Below the pieces are notes generated by a model that was not told where the DNA came from, did not search any database, and saw only the letters and a program-made list of their open reading frames with translations. The position numbers and the translations under genes were made by a program. A stretch of DNA of 63,251 nt, filler included. It is 9 parts of 9 records of this genome, joined end to end, with 100 filler letters (N's around TTAATTAATTAA, not from the genome) between each part and the next. Parts side by side here need not be neighbours in the genome. Positions count along the whole stretch, not along the records: positions 41,766 to 48,330 come from SRR11831585_77; positions 48,431 to 58,159 come from SRR11831585_80; 7 more parts are not named here. One strand, written 5' to 3'. Of the stretch, positions 41,915-55,026 are shown piece after piece (position 1 is the stretch's first letter; each line of letters opens with the position of its first letter).

Positions 41915-43102
41915 TCAACAAAGCGCGGGCTGCCCCCACGGTCTTGCTCGAATCCCTTTTAACATCAGCACCCACGCAGCAATGATCACCAACGCTAAGA
42001 TGACAAACAGCGAGGAAGGCGGCAGGCTGGTTAGCACTACGCCACTCACTAATGGGTTAATCGCGGCACCAAGCCAGCCTAAAGACTGGGCGGAAAAATA
42101 GCTGGCTTTCATTTCTGGCGGCGCAATATGGTCAATCAACATATACTCGCCCGGCGCATAAATGATTTCACCGACAGTAAATACCGCAGCTGACATACCC
42201 CACAATAGCAGGCTGTTGCCGGAAAAAATAAAACCGACCAGACCGATGACGAAACAGAGGGTGCCTGCTGTCATCAGCGCGCGGATGTTAGCCGGGTTAA
42301 GTCGGCGGCCCACGGAATATTGCAACGTAACCACCATGGCAGCATTCACCGGAAGAACAACCGCGACCACCTTTTCGGCAAAATCCCCATCAGCAATCAC
42401 CATCACATATTGTGAAATGCATGAAGCAAATGCGCCGCTTACAAAAGAAGCCAGAAAACCAGAGCAGGTAAACCACAACAGTGCTTTATCTTGTAATAAA
42501 ACTTTCGGCGACCAGACACTGCCTGTTTCCGTGGCGATGATTTTCTCGCTGCGCTTTACCCAAATTTGAATGAAAAGCATGGGAAACGCGGAACAGATAG
42601 CTGCCAGCCAGAAGGGCAGATTGATGCTCTGCATTACCAACAGCGTGCCGAGCGGCGGACCGATGGTCCAGCCAATGTTTAGCATGGTGTAGTTGATTGA
42701 GAAGATTTTCGTTTTGCTGGTGGACGAAAGATTGTCGGCAAACCAGGCTTTCAGCACGGTAGCAAAAACAGAATAGGCGCAGTTAATGAGGGCAAAAAAG
42801 AGCACAACCAGCGTCACGTTATTCACTAAAGTAATGGCAATAAAACCGCTGGCGAAGGCGGTAATTGCCAGTAACATATAGCGTTTCTTGTCGAACTTAT
42901 CCGCCAGGATACCAAAACCGAGGCTAAAAACGACGCCAATAGTGAGCGCAATTGTCATCGCATAACCGATTAGATCGACACTCAGGCTGTACTGGCGACT
43001 CAAGTAAATGGTCATAAATGGCAGCGTAGCGCCGCGTCCGATGGTTAATAACAACGACGAGGCAAGAAGGGCGCTGGTAGAGCGTCGTAGGGATAAGTTC
43101 AT
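41915..43102 (-). CDS. ydeE: MFS dipeptide exporter
   Basis: 395 aa; MFS motif GILADKFDKK. Confidence 0.94.
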   Translation of the reverse strand: MNLSLRRSTSALLASSLLLTIGRGATLPFMTIYLSRQYSLSVDLIGYAMTIALTIGVVFSLGFGILADKFDKKRYMLLAITAFASGFIAITLVNNVTLVVLFFALINCAYSVFATVLKAWFADNLSSTSKTKIFSINYTMLNIGWTIGPPLGTLLVMQSINLPFWLAAICSAFPMLFIQIWVKRSEKIIATETGSVWSPKVLLQDKALLWFTCSGFLASFVSGAFASCISQYVMVIADGDFAEKVVAVVLPVNAAMVVTLQYSVGRRLNPANIRALMTAGTLCFVIGLVGFIFSGNSLLLWGMSAAVFTVGEIIYAPGEYMLIDHIAPPEMKASYFSAQSLGWLGAAINPLVSGVVLTSLPPSSLFVILALVIIAAWVLMLKGIRARPWGQPALC

Positions 43103-43296
43103 TTGTCTGTCCGGCAGTGCGTTTCGTTATGTTTTGTTTTAGAGATGTAAAGAAATAGCATGGCAAAAATCCGAAGTATAGCGACTTATTTGCGCATTAA
43201 TGCCGTCGTAACCGGCGACTAACGAATCAACTGTTAAAGAAAAGTAAATTCAGCTAAGTTGATTGCTTACAAAAGATGAAATTCAGAGGCGGTAGA

Positions 43297-44196
43297 ATGT
43301 CGCGAAAAGATGGGGTGTTGGCGCTACTGGTAGTGGTCGTATGGGGGCTAAATTTTGTGGTCATCAAAGTGGGGCTTCATAACATGCCACCGCTGATGCT
43401 GGCCGGTTTGCGCTTTATGCTGGTCGCTTTTCCGGCTATCTTTTTTGTCGCACGACCGAAAGTACCACTGAATTTGCTGCTGGGGTATGGATTAACCATC
43501 AGTTTTGCGCAGTTTGCTTTTCTTTTTTGTGCCATTAACTTCGGTATGCCTGCTGGACTGGCTTCGCTGGTGTTACAGGCACAGGCGTTTTTTACTATCA
43601 TGCTTGGCGCGTTTACTTTCGGGGAGCGACTGCATGGCAAACAATTGGCGGGGATCGCCTTAGCGATTTTTGGCGTACTGGTGTTAATCGAAGATAGTCT
43701 GAACGGTCAGCATGTGGCGATGCTCGGCTTTATGTTGACCCTGGCGGCAGCATTTAGTTGGGCGTGTGGCAACATCTTCAATAAAAAGATCATGTCGCAC
43801 TCAACGCGTCCGGCGGTGATGTCGCTGGTAATCTGGAGCGCTTTAATCCCAATCATTCCCTTCTTTGTTGCCTCGCTGATTCTCGATGGTTCCGCAACCA
43901 TGATTCACAGTCTGGTTACTATCGATATGACCACCATCTTGTCTCTGATGTATCTGGCGTTTGTGGCGACAATTGTTGGTTATGGGATCTGGGGGACGTT
44001 ACTGGGACGCTATGAAACCTGGCGGGTTGCACCGTTATCGTTACTGGTGCCCGTAGTAGGACTGGCAAGTGCGGCACTATTGTTGGATGAACGCTTAACG
44101 GGTCTGCAATTTTTAGGTGCGGTGCTCATTATGACCGGGCTGTATATCAATGTATTTGGCTTGCGGTGGCGTAAAGCGGTAAAGGTGGGAAGTTAA
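43297..44196 (+). CDS. eamA: Cysteine/O-acetylserine exporter
   Basis: 299-aa DMT family from MSRKDG. Confidence 0.95.
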   Translation: MSRKDGVLALLVVVVWGLNFVVIKVGLHNMPPLMLAGLRFMLVAFPAIFFVARPKVPLNLLLGYGLTISFAQFAFLFCAINFGMPAGLASLVLQAQAFFTIMLGAFTFGERLHGKQLAGIALAIFGVLVLIEDSLNGQHVAMLGFMLTLAAAFSWACGNIFNKKIMSHSTRPAVMSLVIWSALIPIIPFFVASLILDGSATMIHSLVTIDMTTILSLMYLAFVATIVGYGIWGTLLGRYETWRVAPLSLLVPVVGLASAALLLDERLTGLQFLGAVLIMTGLYINVFGLRWRKAVKVGS

Positions 44197-44226
44197 TAAG
44201 CCCCGAGATGTCGGGGCCAGAACAAA

Positions 44227-44445
44227 CTACATAGCGTGTTGATTATAATAGGGCACGCCGAGCGCATCCGACTTATCACTGCCAGTACCCATGTGATTTA
44301 AATCAAACGGTGGGTGTTCCTGCGATGGGGGAACAACCACGACATTGGCACAAGAAGTAACAACTGGCTGCGTGGTTTGTTCCGCAACGCCCTGCGCGGA
44401 AAAGAGAATAAGCGCAGCTGCTATTGCGGATGAAAGTGGTTTCAT
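44227..44445 (-). CDS. marB: MarB
   Basis: 72 aa with signal peptide. Confidence 0.96.
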   Translation of the reverse strand: MKPLSSAIAAALILFSAQGVAEQTTQPVVTSCANVVVVPPSQEHPPFDLNHMGTGSDKSDALGVPYYNQHAM

Positions 44446-44476
44446 GATTGCCTCAGTGACGTTGTCACGTTTTCAA

Positions 44477-44860
44477 CTAGCTGTTGTAATGATTTAATGG
44501 ATGTAAAAAGCGCGATTCGCCCTGCATATTGGTCATCCGGTATTTATGCGGCGGAACATCAAAGTAATTTTTGAAGGTTCGGGTCAGAGTTTGTTGCGAC
44601 TCGAAGCCATATCGTTCTGCCAGATAGAGTATCGGCTCGTTACTTTCCTTCAGCTTTTGCGCGATTTCCGTCATCTTACGGCTGCGGATGTATTGGCCTA
44701 ATGAATGACCGGTTTCTTTTTTAAACATCCGTTGCAGGTGCCATTTGGAGTAACCCGAACGCTCTGACACTTTCTCCAGTGACAGTGGCGATTCCAGGTT
44801 GTCCTCGATCCAGTCCAAAATGCTATGAATGGTAATAGCGTCAGTATTGCGTCTGGACAT
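44477..44860 (-). CDS. marA: AraC-family activator MarA
   Basis: 127 aa; [11 protein letters not shown]. Confidence 0.98.
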
Positions 44861-44879
44861 CGTCATACCTCTTTTTTGT

Positions 44880-45314
44880 TTACGGCAGGACTTTCTTAAG
44901 CAAATACTCAAGTGTTGCCACTTCGTCCGCCGTCAGGTTTTTTGTTAATTCTTGGTGCAGGTCCTGGCCAACTAATTGATGGCATTGTTCACATATTGCC
45001 GCGCCGCCGGTGGTAAGTTTTACCAGTACGCCGCGCTTGTCATTCGGGTTCGGCAACCTTTCCACCCAGCCTTTACAGACCAGGCGATCCAGCATACGGG
45101 TCAGTGCTCCCAGGTCGACCGACAATACCTTTTTCAGTTCAACCGGAGTAATACACGCCGCGCAGCGGATAGAGCAGAGCACCTTAAACTGTGCCGCGGT
45201 AATATCCAGCGGAGACAGATACTCGTTAAGCAGGCGATCTTTCTTCTGATTAACCATATGGATTAAGCGACCCAATGGAATAATTTCATTGAACAGATCG
45301 CTGGTACTTTTCAC
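44880..45314 (-). CDS. marR: Repressor MarR
   Basis: 144 aa from GTG; DKRG wing motif. Confidence 0.98.
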
Positions 45315-45412
45315 ATTAGTTGCCCTGGCAAGTAATTAGTTGCAGGGGATAATATTGCCCAGGCAAGTATAAGTCAAATGAATGAATTGACCGATGCCAC
45401 GTTTTGCTAAAT
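45315..45412 (-). promoter_or_regulatory. marO: two MarR palindromes plus marbox
   Basis: TTGCCCTGGCAA and TTGCCCAGGCAA palindromes; marbox ATTTAGCAAAACGTGGCATC at 45412-45393. Confidence 0.92.
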
Positions 45413-45525
45413 CGGTTCAAGTTTTGTTCAATGCGATGCAAGGCTAGCTAAAGAGTGACACTTTATCCTTGTTTACCCCTTATACTTTTCGCTGATAACC
45501 CAGATACACAGGATAACAACCACCA

Positions 45526-46191
45526 ATGTTAGATTTGTTTAAAGCAATTGGCCTGGGGCTGGTGGTGTTGCTGCCGTTAGCTAACCCATTAACAACTGTC
45601 GCGTTATTTCTTGGCCTGGCAGGCAACATGAACAGTGCCGAACGTAATCGTCAGTCGTTGATGGCCTCGGTGTACGTATTTGCCATCATGATGGTGGCGT
45701 ATTACGCCGGGCAACTGGTGATGGATACATTTGGCATTTCGATTCCCGGTCTGCGAATTGCAGGCGGCTTAATCGTCGCGTTTATCGGTTTTCGGATGCT
45801 CTTTCCGCAACAGAAAGCGATTGATTCACCGGAGGCGAAAAGCAAGTCGGAAGAGCTGGAAGATGAACCCAGTGCCAATATTGCCTTTGTGCCGCTGGCA
45901 ATGCCAAGTACTGCCGGTCCGGGAACCATAGCGATGATTATTAGCTCGGCGTCCACAGTGCGTCAGAGTTCAACCTTCGCTGATTGGGTACTGATGGTTG
46001 CGCCGCCGCTGATCTTTTTCCTGGTGGCGGTTATTTTGTGGGGAAGCCTACGCAGCTCCGGCGCAATTATGCGGCTGGTGGGCAAGGGTGGCATTGAAGC
46101 GATCTCCCGTCTGATGGGATTCCTGCTGGTATGTATGGGTGTGCAGTTTATTATTAACGGCATCCTGGAAATCATTAAAACGTACCATTAA
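45526..46191 (+). CDS. marC: Inner membrane protein MarC
   Basis: 221 aa; [11 protein letters not shown]. Confidence 0.96.
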   Translation: MLDLFKAIGLGLVVLLPLANPLTTVALFLGLAGNMNSAERNRQSLMASVYVFAIMMVAYYAGQLVMDTFGISIPGLRIAGGLIVAFIGFRMLFPQQKAIDSPEAKSKSEELEDEPSANIAFVPLAMPSTAGPGTIAMIISSASTVRQSSTFADWVLMVAPPLIFFLVAVILWGSLRSSGAIMRLVGKGGIEAISRLMGFLLVCMGVQFIINGILEIIKTYH

Positions 46192-46215
46192 AAAAGGCCC
46201 GAATGGGCCTTTCAA

Positions 46216-47406
46216 CTATTGCGTCTGTTCTTCGAGTGTCACTGGCCAGCGGCGAAATATAATGATTGACCAAATTAACGCGGCAAAAGCAGGCACCGCG
46301 CCCACATAACCAATCATCGACATTGACCAGTGCAAACTCACCTGATTACCTACCAACGCACCCGCCCCGATTCCAATATTAAATATGCCGGAGAATAGCG
46401 CCATCGCGACGTCGGTAGCATCTGGTGCCAGCGCCAGCACTTTAACCTGCATACCAAGCCCGATGATCATCATCGCGATCCCCCAGAAAATACTCAGCAC
46501 CCCGAGGTGTATTTCACTGTTCGCCGCAGGTAACAGCAATGCCAGGCACACCAGCAACAGCGCAATCGCCGTACTCACCAACGCAGACGCATACTGATTA
46601 CCCAGTTTACCGAAAATCACGCTGCCAATAATGCCCGCACCACCGAGTAATAACAGTAATGCCGTGGCAAAGTTGGCGCTGAATCCCGCAATGTTTTGTA
46701 CAAAAGGCTCGATATAGCTGTATGCCGTGTAATGGGCGGTGACAACCACCACAGTTAACAAATAAATGCTCATCAATGCCGGGCGGCGGAACAATAGCGG
46801 GAGGCTTTTCAGTGAACCGGAATGCTCACTGGGCAGTAAGGGAAGTAACTTAATCAGGCACAAAAGGGTGATAAGCGCCCCAATACCAATCGCGAAGAAG
46901 GTCATTCGCCAACCGAAATACTGGCCCACAATGCGCCCGAGAGGTAAACCTAAGACCATCGCCAGTGCTGTACCGGTGGCAATTAAACTCAATGCCTGTG
47001 CTCGCTTCCCGGCCGGAGCCATACGGATCGCCAGAGACGCCGTAATCGACCAGAAAATCGCATGTGCAAAAGCCACACCAATGCGACTGATCACCAGAAC
47101 GGTAAAGCTCCACGACAAAAACGACAGTACGTGGCTGGCAATAAACACCACAAACAGGCAGATCAGTAATTTGCGCCGTTCAACCTGACTGGTCATTAAC
47201 ATAAAAGGCAATGACATTAGCGCTACTACCCATGCGTAAATGGTCAACATGATGCCGACCTGAGCGGTTTGCATGTGAAAACTTTGCGCAATGTCAGAGA
47301 GCAGGCCAACAGGGACAAATTCGGTGGTGTTGAAGATGAAGGCGGCGACTGCCAGCGTAACGACCCGTAGCCACGCCACTTTGCGGGAAACAGTGTTTGT
47401 TGTCAT
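46216..47406 (-). CDS. ydeA: MFS sugar efflux transporter (SotB)
   Basis: 396-aa MFS. Confidence 0.95.
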
Positions 47407-47555
47407 AACAGATTATCGGGTGAGTTGCGAAAAAGTGATGAAATGATCTTAAAACGGTTAATGATGTGAATACAATGCATTTGTGATCTGGATCGCGTTT
47501 TCCGTTTCTCTGACGCTGATTCTTTCACGCGTCAGAGAGTCGGTAACATCACGGT

Positions 47556-48330
47556 TTAATGACGTTCAGGGAGGTCTGGCGTTTTGGCGGTTGCGGGTAT
47601 AGGTGGTCTGACAGGGGAGCGAGGCCTGTTTTTCACCAGGTCTTCGTGAGTAACTTTTGGCGGTGTTTCATTTTTTACAAACAGTTTGAGGGTCCTGCGC
47701 GCCATATGTTTGATAATTTTATCATCACTTAATGATGCTGGCATCAACACGTCATTCAAATCACTTTCATTGGGATTCATAAATTGGTGATAGTGCAATA
47801 ACATATTGGCGAAAAATAAAAACAAGTTCTGAAAATGAGGAGATTCTTGTTCTGCTAAAAGGGATAAAAAGCAGATGCAGACTTCGGGTAGTACATGTTT
47901 GTTAGAACCTAATGAATCCATCAGGCTTTGCAACAAATCCTCTTTTAATTCGCTGTCCGTTATGTCGAGAATGGCGGTGATCAAGTTAGGATCTTTATTG
48001 ACGAACCATCTGTGAACCTCAGAGTTATTCCATAATCGGGGGAGTATGACAAAATTACCGCGAGAGATAAAATTCAGGACAAGCAAATCAAACTGGCGTA
48101 AGTAATCTGCAGCGGTATGGTGATCCGAAGGCAGGGGTTCAATATGTGGTGTATGCGCTCTTTTGATGGGAACACCAGGGTTGATCATTGGAAATTGTTC
48201 AATAAAATCATTCAGAAACAGAAAGAGTACACGCTCGACGCCGGTCTGAAATACGCGCCCCATAGTGACAGGCTTTGGGTTGGGAGCGCAAAAAATATTA
48301 ATTTCTCCATCATGGCGAAAATTATCTAAA
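47556..48330 (-). CDS. yneK: YneK, 5'-truncated by gap
   Basis: Frame stays open from the gap to 47556; AT-rich; position next to ydeA as in K-12. Confidence 0.85.
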
Positions 48331-48430
48331 NNNNNNNNNNNNNNNNNNNNNNNNNNNNNNNNNNNNNNNNNNNNTTAATTAATTAANNNNNNNNNNNNNN
48401 NNNNNNNNNNNNNNNNNNNNNNNNNNNNNN
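48331..48430. other. Artificial contig linker
   Basis: Same 100-bp structure. Confidence 0.98.
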
Positions 48431-49251
<821 letters not shown>

Positions 49252-49255
49252 TTAA

Positions 49256-49822
49256 TTACGCCGACTGCTCGCTGGCAACGATCTCTTCAATGGACCACGG
49301 ATGAAACTTAATAGTTGTTTTGCCATCGGTGACCGCCAGCGTCGGATTCGGTAATCGCTCATGCTCACCTTTTGGCGAACTGGTTTTCACTGAGATCCCC
49401 GGTAGGCTGAGTCCTTCATCAGAAAGCAATGCCAGCGCACGGGCATTCAGCGTTTCTGGATCACCCGGCAGAACGATTTCAATATGTTCCCAACCTTCGT
49501 GTGGGTAACGTTTTTCCCCGGGCCACGGTAGCTCCACAATAGAAAACTGCCAGTGCGCAACCTGTACCGGTTCATGCAATTTAAACAGACAAATCGGTCT
49601 GCCATTGATCATATTTTCTGACAAAAGCTCGCCACACTGTTCAAACCCGCGACGCCAGCGTTCAGCAGTGGCGTTTTGATGGCAACGCAAAGAAATGTGA
49701 TCGGCAGTCAGCGGAGTGATATTCAACCCCAGACGGCGGGAAAGTTCATCTAATGCGTGGATAAATCGCGGTAAATCCGATGCAATATCCTGCAGCTCGT
49801 CGATAGATTGCCAGTTCGCCAT
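49256..49822 (-). CDS. yecM: VOC-family protein YecM
   Basis: 188 aa; DHISLR, GWEHIE. Confidence 0.94.
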   Translation of the reverse strand: MANWQSIDELQDIASDLPRFIHALDELSRRLGLNITPLTADHISLRCHQNATAERWRRGFEQCGELLSENMINGRPICLFKLHEPVQVAHWQFSIVELPWPGEKRYPHEGWEHIEIVLPGDPETLNARALALLSDEGLSLPGISVKTSSPKGEHERLPNPTLAVTDGKTTIKFHPWSIEEIVASEQSA

Positions 49823-50037
49823 AATCACTCTTCGTCTTTCAGTAAAAGCGTTAATTTACCCTGTTGCCCTGTGCCAACCAACCGCTGATTTCACGCCGCT
49901 TCTGATGCAATAGTGAAAACGGCAATACGCCACGCGCACGTTGCTGACGAAAACAGCCATTTGCAGTATACTCCCGCCCTAATTTCTTTAACTGGTGCGG
50001 GCAATTTTTGCTCGCTTCATCAATGTAAGGTATTCCG

Positions 50038-51771
50038 GTGAATATTCAGGCTCTTCTCTCAGAAAAAGTCCGTCAGGCCATGATTGCGGCAGGCGCGCCT
50101 GCGGATTGCGAACCGCAGGTTCGTCAGTCAGCAAAAGTTCAGTTCGGCGACTATCAGGCTAACGGCATGATGGCAGTTGCTAAAAAACTGGGTATGGCAC
50201 CGCGACAATTAGCAGAGCAGGTGCTGACTCATCTGGATCTTAACGGTATCGCCAGCAAAGTTGAGATCGCCGGTCCAGGCTTTATCAACATTTTCCTTGA
50301 TCCGGCATTCCTGGCTGAACATGTTCAGCAGGCGCTGGCGTCCGATCGTCTCGGTGTTGCTACGCCAGAAAAACAGACCATTGTGGTTGACTACTCTGCG
50401 CCAAACGTGGCGAAAGAGATGCATGTCGGTCACCTGCGCTCTACCATTATTGGTGACGCAGCAGTGCGTACTCTGGAGTTCCTCGGTCACAAAGTGATTC
50501 GCGCAAACCACGTCGGCGACTGGGGCACTCAGTTCGGTATGCTGATTGCATGGCTGGAAAAGCAGCAGCAGGAAAACGCCGGTGAAATGGAGCTGGCTGA
50601 CCTTGAAGGTTTCTACCGCGATGCGAAAAAGCATTACGATGAAGATGAAGAGTTCGCCGAGCGCGCACGTAACTACGTGGTAAAACTGCAAAGCGGTGAC
50701 GAATATTTCCGCGAGATGTGGCGCAAACTGGTCGACATCACCATGACGCAGAACCAGATCACCTACGATCGTCTCAACGTGACGCTGACCCGTGATGACG
50801 TGATGGGCGAAAGCCTCTACAACCCGATGCTGCCAGGAATTGTGGCGGATCTCAAAGCCAAAGGTCTGGCAGTAGAAAGCGAAGGGGCGACCGTCGTATT
50901 CCTTGATGAGTTTAAAAACAAGGAAGGCGAACCGATGGGCGTGATCATTCAGAAGAAAGATGGCGGCTATCTCTACACCACCACTGATATCGCCTGTGCG
51001 AAATATCGTTATGAAACACTGCATGCCGATCGCGTGCTGTATTACATCGACTCCCGTCAGCATCAACACCTGATGCAGGCATGGGCGATCGTCCGTAAAG
51101 CAGGCTATGTACCGGAATCCGTACCGCTGGAACACCACATGTTCGGCATGATGCTGGGTAAAGACGGCAAACCGTTCAAAACCCGCGCGGGTGGTACAGT
51201 GAAACTGGCCGATCTGCTGGATGAAGCCCTGGAACGTGCACGCCGTCTGGTGGCAGAAAAGAACCCGGATATGCCAGCCGACGAGCTGGAAAAACTGGCT
51301 AACGCGGTTGGTATTGGTGCGGTGAAATATGCGGATCTCTCCAAAAACCGCACCACGGACTACATCTTCGACTGGGACAACATGCTGGCGTTTGAGGGTA
51401 ATACCGCGCCATACATGCAGTATGCATACACGCGTGTATTGTCCGTGTTCCGTAAAGCAGAAATTGACGAAGAGCAACTGGCTGCAGCTCCGGTTATCAT
51501 CCGTGAAGATCGTGAAGCGCAACTGGCAGCTCGCCTGCTGCAGTTTGAAGAAACCCTCACCGTGGTTGCCCGTGAAGGCACGCCGCATGTAATGTGTGCT
51601 TACCTGTACGATCTGGCCGGTCTGTTCTCTGGCTTCTACGAGCACTGCCCGATCCTCAGCGCAGAAAACGAAGAAGTGCGTAACAGCCGTCTAAAACTGG
51701 CACAACTGACGGCGAAGACGCTGAAGCTGGGTCTGGATACGCTGGGTATTGAGACTGTAGAGCGTATGTAA
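50038..51771 (+). CDS. argS: Arginyl-tRNA synthetase
   Basis: 577 aa; HVGH motif, GDWGTQFG. Confidence 0.98.
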   Translation: MNIQALLSEKVRQAMIAAGAPADCEPQVRQSAKVQFGDYQANGMMAVAKKLGMAPRQLAEQVLTHLDLNGIASKVEIAGPGFINIFLDPAFLAEHVQQALASDRLGVATPEKQTIVVDYSAPNVAKEMHVGHLRSTIIGDAAVRTLEFLGHKVIRANHVGDWGTQFGMLIAWLEKQQQENAGEMELADLEGFYRDAKKHYDEDEEFAERARNYVVKLQSGDEYFREMWRKLVDITMTQNQITYDRLNVTLTRDDVMGESLYNPMLPGIVADLKAKGLAVESEGATVVFLDEFKNKEGEPMGVIIQKKDGGYLYTTTDIACAKYRYETLHADRVLYYIDSRQHQHLMQAWAIVRKAGYVPESVPLEHHMFGMMLGKDGKPFKTRAGGTVKLADLLDEALERARRLVAEKNPDMPADELEKLANAVGIGAVKYADLSKNRTTDYIFDWDNMLAFEGNTAPYMQYAYTRVLSVFRKAEIDEEQLAAAPVIIREDREAQLAARLLQFEETLTVVAREGTPHVMCAYLYDLAGLFSGFYEHCPILSAENEEVRNSRLKLAQLTAKTLKLGLDTLGIETVERM

Positions 51772-51790
51772 TCGATTTTTCGTGAGAGTG

Positions 51791-51824
51791 AAGCCTGATC
51801 AGGGTTAGCCGATCAGGCTTTTTT
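51791..51824 (+). terminator. argS intrinsic terminator
   Basis: AAGCCTGATCAGGGTTAGCCGATCAGGCTTTTTT. Confidence 0.85.
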
Positions 51825-51947
51825 ATTGCCATCTAAATGTATTCTGAAAATGGACATGCCATTGTTTTCTCACTGTTGGATAAGAGGCCAGAAGCGTAAT
51901 ATCCGGCCCCAGGGAAACGATAACGGTTGAATTTAAGGAATACCGCA

Positions 51948-52436
51948 GTGTTTAAATTTCTTGTATTAACATTAGGCATTATCTCTTGCCAGGCTTACGC
52001 AGAAGATACGGTTATAGTAAACGACCATGACATTTCAGCCATCAAAGATTGTTGGCAAAAAAATTCAGATGATGATACTGACGTTAACGTGATCAAATCA
52101 TGCCTGCGACAAGAATACAATCTCGTCGATGCGCAATTAAATAAAGCCTATGGTGAAGCTTATCGTTATATAGAACAAGTGCCACGCACAGGTGTAAAAA
52201 AACCTGATACCGAACAACTTAACTTGCTTAAAAAATCACAGCGAGCCTGGCTGGATTTTAGGGACAAAGAATGTGAATTAATCCTTTCAAATGAGGACGT
52301 TCAGGATTTAAGTGACCCTTATTCTGAATCAGAATGGCTCTCATGTATGATCATACAGACCAATACGCGAACTCGCCAGTTGCAGCTATACCGTAACTCT
52401 GAAGATTTTTATCCAAGCCCTTTGACAAGAGGATAA
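51948..52436 (+). CDS. yecT: YecT (DUF1311/LprI-like secreted protein)
   Basis: 162 aa from GTG; LNKAY and SQRAWLDFRDKEC. Confidence 0.9.
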   Translation: MFKFLVLTLGIISCQAYAEDTVIVNDHDISAIKDCWQKNSDDDTDVNVIKSCLRQEYNLVDAQLNKAYGEAYRYIEQVPRTGVKKPDTEQLNLLKKSQRAWLDFRDKECELILSNEDVQDLSDPYSESEWLSCMIIQTNTRTRQLQLYRNSEDFYPSPLTRG

Positions 52437-52555
52437 TTCACATCTTTTTGGCATGTTTTGTTGCAAGCTATTCCTGATAAATAATTGCAACAAGACATCG
52501 AGCCTTTTTCACTGAGTTATTAAACATACTCGCGAGCGCGTAATTTTTTTGTCCT

Positions 52556-52948
52556 TCAGCGATAATTCACAATCACTTCATTACGTTGTACCTTTAGCGG
52601 TGGAATTAACCGCCCACCGCCTGGCACTTCCCAGATAAATCGCAACGGTTCTGCTGCCGCTATACCGGAAAAGGCCACGGTGGTTCCGCTCTGCCCCTCT
52701 AATTCGACACAACGAGATTGCGAACACAAGCGAACCCGCAGTCCTGAAGGTGTCGGGCCGATAAGCTGATAACGCCACGCTACCAGCGTCATCAATCCTG
52801 AAGCAGGTTGTCGCGTAGAAAGAGGCGCAGACGACATCGACTCACCGCGATGATTTAGCGTAATTCCTACACTACTTGCCTGCCACATCCCCTCCCCGGC
52901 GGCTTGCACCAGCAGCGGAAACAATAATATTGCTAATAAGGTTCTCAT
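52556..52948 (-). CDS. flhE: Flagellar protein FlhE
   Basis: 130 aa; last gene of flhBAE. Confidence 0.96.
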   Translation of the reverse strand: MRTLLAILLFPLLVQAAGEGMWQASSVGITLNHRGESMSSAPLSTRQPASGLMTLVAWRYQLIGPTPSGLRVRLCSQSRCVELEGQSGTTVAFSGIAAAEPLRFIWEVPGGGRLIPPLKVQRNEVIVNYR

Positions 52949-55026
52949 TATTTGCCGCCAATTGTCGCCGTCATGCGGATATGTCGGTTATCAGACAGTT
53001 CCAGATTCGACAGGACCACTAACTGCGGCAAGCTGCGGCGCAGGAAGCGAGACAATAATGGTCGCAGCGCGTGGTTCACCAACAATACTGGCGGCGCACC
53101 CAGCATCTCCTGACGGGATAGCGCTTCCTGAGTTTGCGCCAGTAAACGATCCGCCAGCCCTGGCTCCAGTCCTCCCCCGCCCTGCAGCGCCTGTAGTAAC
53201 AAACGTTCCAGCGGTGTATCGAGGCCAATAACATGGACTTCATCTTTGCCAGGAAACCACTGCTGGGTAATCGCCCGTCCCAACGCCACGCGCACGACGG
53301 CGGTTAATTCATGTGGATCGCTTTGGATGGGCGCATGTTCCGCCAGCGTTTCGAGAATGGTGCGCATATCGCGAATCGGTACTTTTTCATCGAGGAGATT
53401 TTGCAGCACTTTATGCAGTGTGGTGAGCGTGACGACGCCAGGAACGAGATCTTCCGTCAGCTTTGGCATCTCCTGGGCGACGCGATCCAACAGCTGTTGC
53501 GCCTCCTGACGACCAAACAGCTCTGCGGCATGCTGGCTAATGAGGTGGTTAAGATGCGTTGCTACCACCGTGCTGGCCTCAACCACTGTGTACCCCTGAA
53601 TCTGCGCCTGTTCTTTTAGCGCACTTTCAATCCAGATAGCATTCAGGCCAAATGCCGGATCGACGGTCGCCTCACCAGGTAACGTCCCGGCAGCGGTTCC
53701 AGGGTTAATCGCCAGCCAGCGCCCCGGATAAGCATCACCACTGCCAATCTCCACGCCTTTCATCAAAATGCGATAGCGGGCAGGTTGCAGATCCATATTG
53801 TCGCGAATGTGCACCACTGGCGGCAGAAATCCCATCTCCTGGGCAAATTTCTTGCGGATACTGCGTATACGGCCCAACAACTCACCATCCTGCTGGAAAT
53901 CGACCATCGGGATCAGTCGATAACCCACTTCCATTCCCAGAGAATCTTCCAGTTGTACATCGTTCCACGTCGCTTCGACAACGGTATTATTCTCTGCCAT
54001 TTTTACCGGTTTGGGTTCGGCAGGCGCTTTTTGTTCGCGTCCGCGTATCCACCAGGCCAGCCCGAGCAATCCGGCAGTGAACAGCAAAAATACCAGGTTC
54101 GGCATTCCAGGCACCAGGCCGAGTAAACCGAGCACGGCGGCGCTTAACAACATAACGCTTGGGTTACTGAAAAGCTGATTCACCATCTGCTCGCCAACAT
54201 CCTGATCGGTGCTGACACGCGTAACGATGACCCCCGCGGCGGTAGAAATCACCAGCGCCGGAATTTGTGCCACCAGACCGTCGCCAATGGTCAATAGCGT
54301 ATAACTTTCCGCCGCGTGTCCCATGCTCATGCCATGTTGCAGCACGCCGACCAGCAACCCGCCGACAATGTTAATGACCATGATGAGGATCCCGGCGATG
54401 GCATCGCCGCGAACAAACTTACTTGCCCCGTCCATTGAGCCGTAAAAATCGGCTTCCTGAGTCACTTCGGAGCGGCGTTTTTTCGCCTCATCTTCACCAA
54501 TCAATCCGGCGTTAAGGTCGGCGTCAATCGCCATCTGCTTACCCGGCATACCATCGAGAACAAAGCGCGCACCCACTTCTGCGATACGCCCGGCACCTTT
54601 GGTAATGACCATAAAGTTGATGATCACGAGAATGACAAACACCACGATACCGATAGCGAAATTGCCACCAACGAGGAAGTGACCGAACGCTTCGACCACC
54701 TTCCCTGCCGCCGCCGCGCCGGTATGCCCTTCCATTAAAATGATACGGGTTGAAGCCACGTTAAGTGCCAGACGCAACAGCGTGGTAAACAACAGAATGG
54801 TCGGAAACGCAGCAAACTCAAGCGTGCGCTGGGTAAACATCGCCACCAGCAACACCATGATCGACAAGGCAATATTGAAGGTAAACAACAGGTCGAGTAT
54901 GAATGCGGGCAGTGGCAGCACCATCATCGACAAGATCAACAGGATCAAAATCGGTCCGGCAAGGATCTGCCATTGTGTCGATTTCAGGTTTGCGGGCAGG
55001 CGCAGCATCGCGGCCAGATTACTCAT
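52948..55026 (-). CDS. flhA: Flagellar export gate FlhA
   Basis: 692 aa; FHIPEP motif LDGMPGKQMAIDADL. Confidence 0.98.
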   Translation of the reverse strand: MSNLAAMLRLPANLKSTQWQILAGPILILLILSMMVLPLPAFILDLLFTFNIALSIMVLLVAMFTQRTLEFAAFPTILLFTTLLRLALNVASTRIILMEGHTGAAAAGKVVEAFGHFLVGGNFAIGIVVFVILVIINFMVITKGAGRIAEVGARFVLDGMPGKQMAIDADLNAGLIGEDEAKKRRSEVTQEADFYGSMDGASKFVRGDAIAGILIMVINIVGGLLVGVLQHGMSMGHAAESYTLLTIGDGLVAQIPALVISTAAGVIVTRVSTDQDVGEQMVNQLFSNPSVMLLSAAVLGLLGLVPGMPNLVFLLFTAGLLGLAWWIRGREQKAPAEPKPVKMAENNTVVEATWNDVQLEDSLGMEVGYRLIPMVDFQQDGELLGRIRSIRKKFAQEMGFLPPVVHIRDNMDLQPARYRILMKGVEIGSGDAYPGRWLAINPGTAAGTLPGEATVDPAFGLNAIWIESALKEQAQIQGYTVVEASTVVATHLNHLISQHAAELFGRQEAQQLLDRVAQEMPKLTEDLVPGVVTLTTLHKVLQNLLDEKVPIRDMRTILETLAEHAPIQSDPHELTAVVRVALGRAITQQWFPGKDEVHVIGLDTPLERLLLQALQGGGGLEPGLADRLLAQTQEALSRQEMLGAPPVLLVNHALRPLLSRFLRRSLPQLVVLSNLELSDNRHIRMTATIGGK

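Noticed and set aside
50209..51645. 478-aa antisense ORF over argS (likewise 18303-19298 over hslU and 39114-39905 over proS)
   Set aside because: Shadow ORFs produced by codon bias of highly expressed genes; no recognisable motifs.
51900..52500. AT-rich yecT (and yneK) as novel accessory islands
   Set aside because: Both are known K-12 genes at their usual positions, with no mobile-element signatures.
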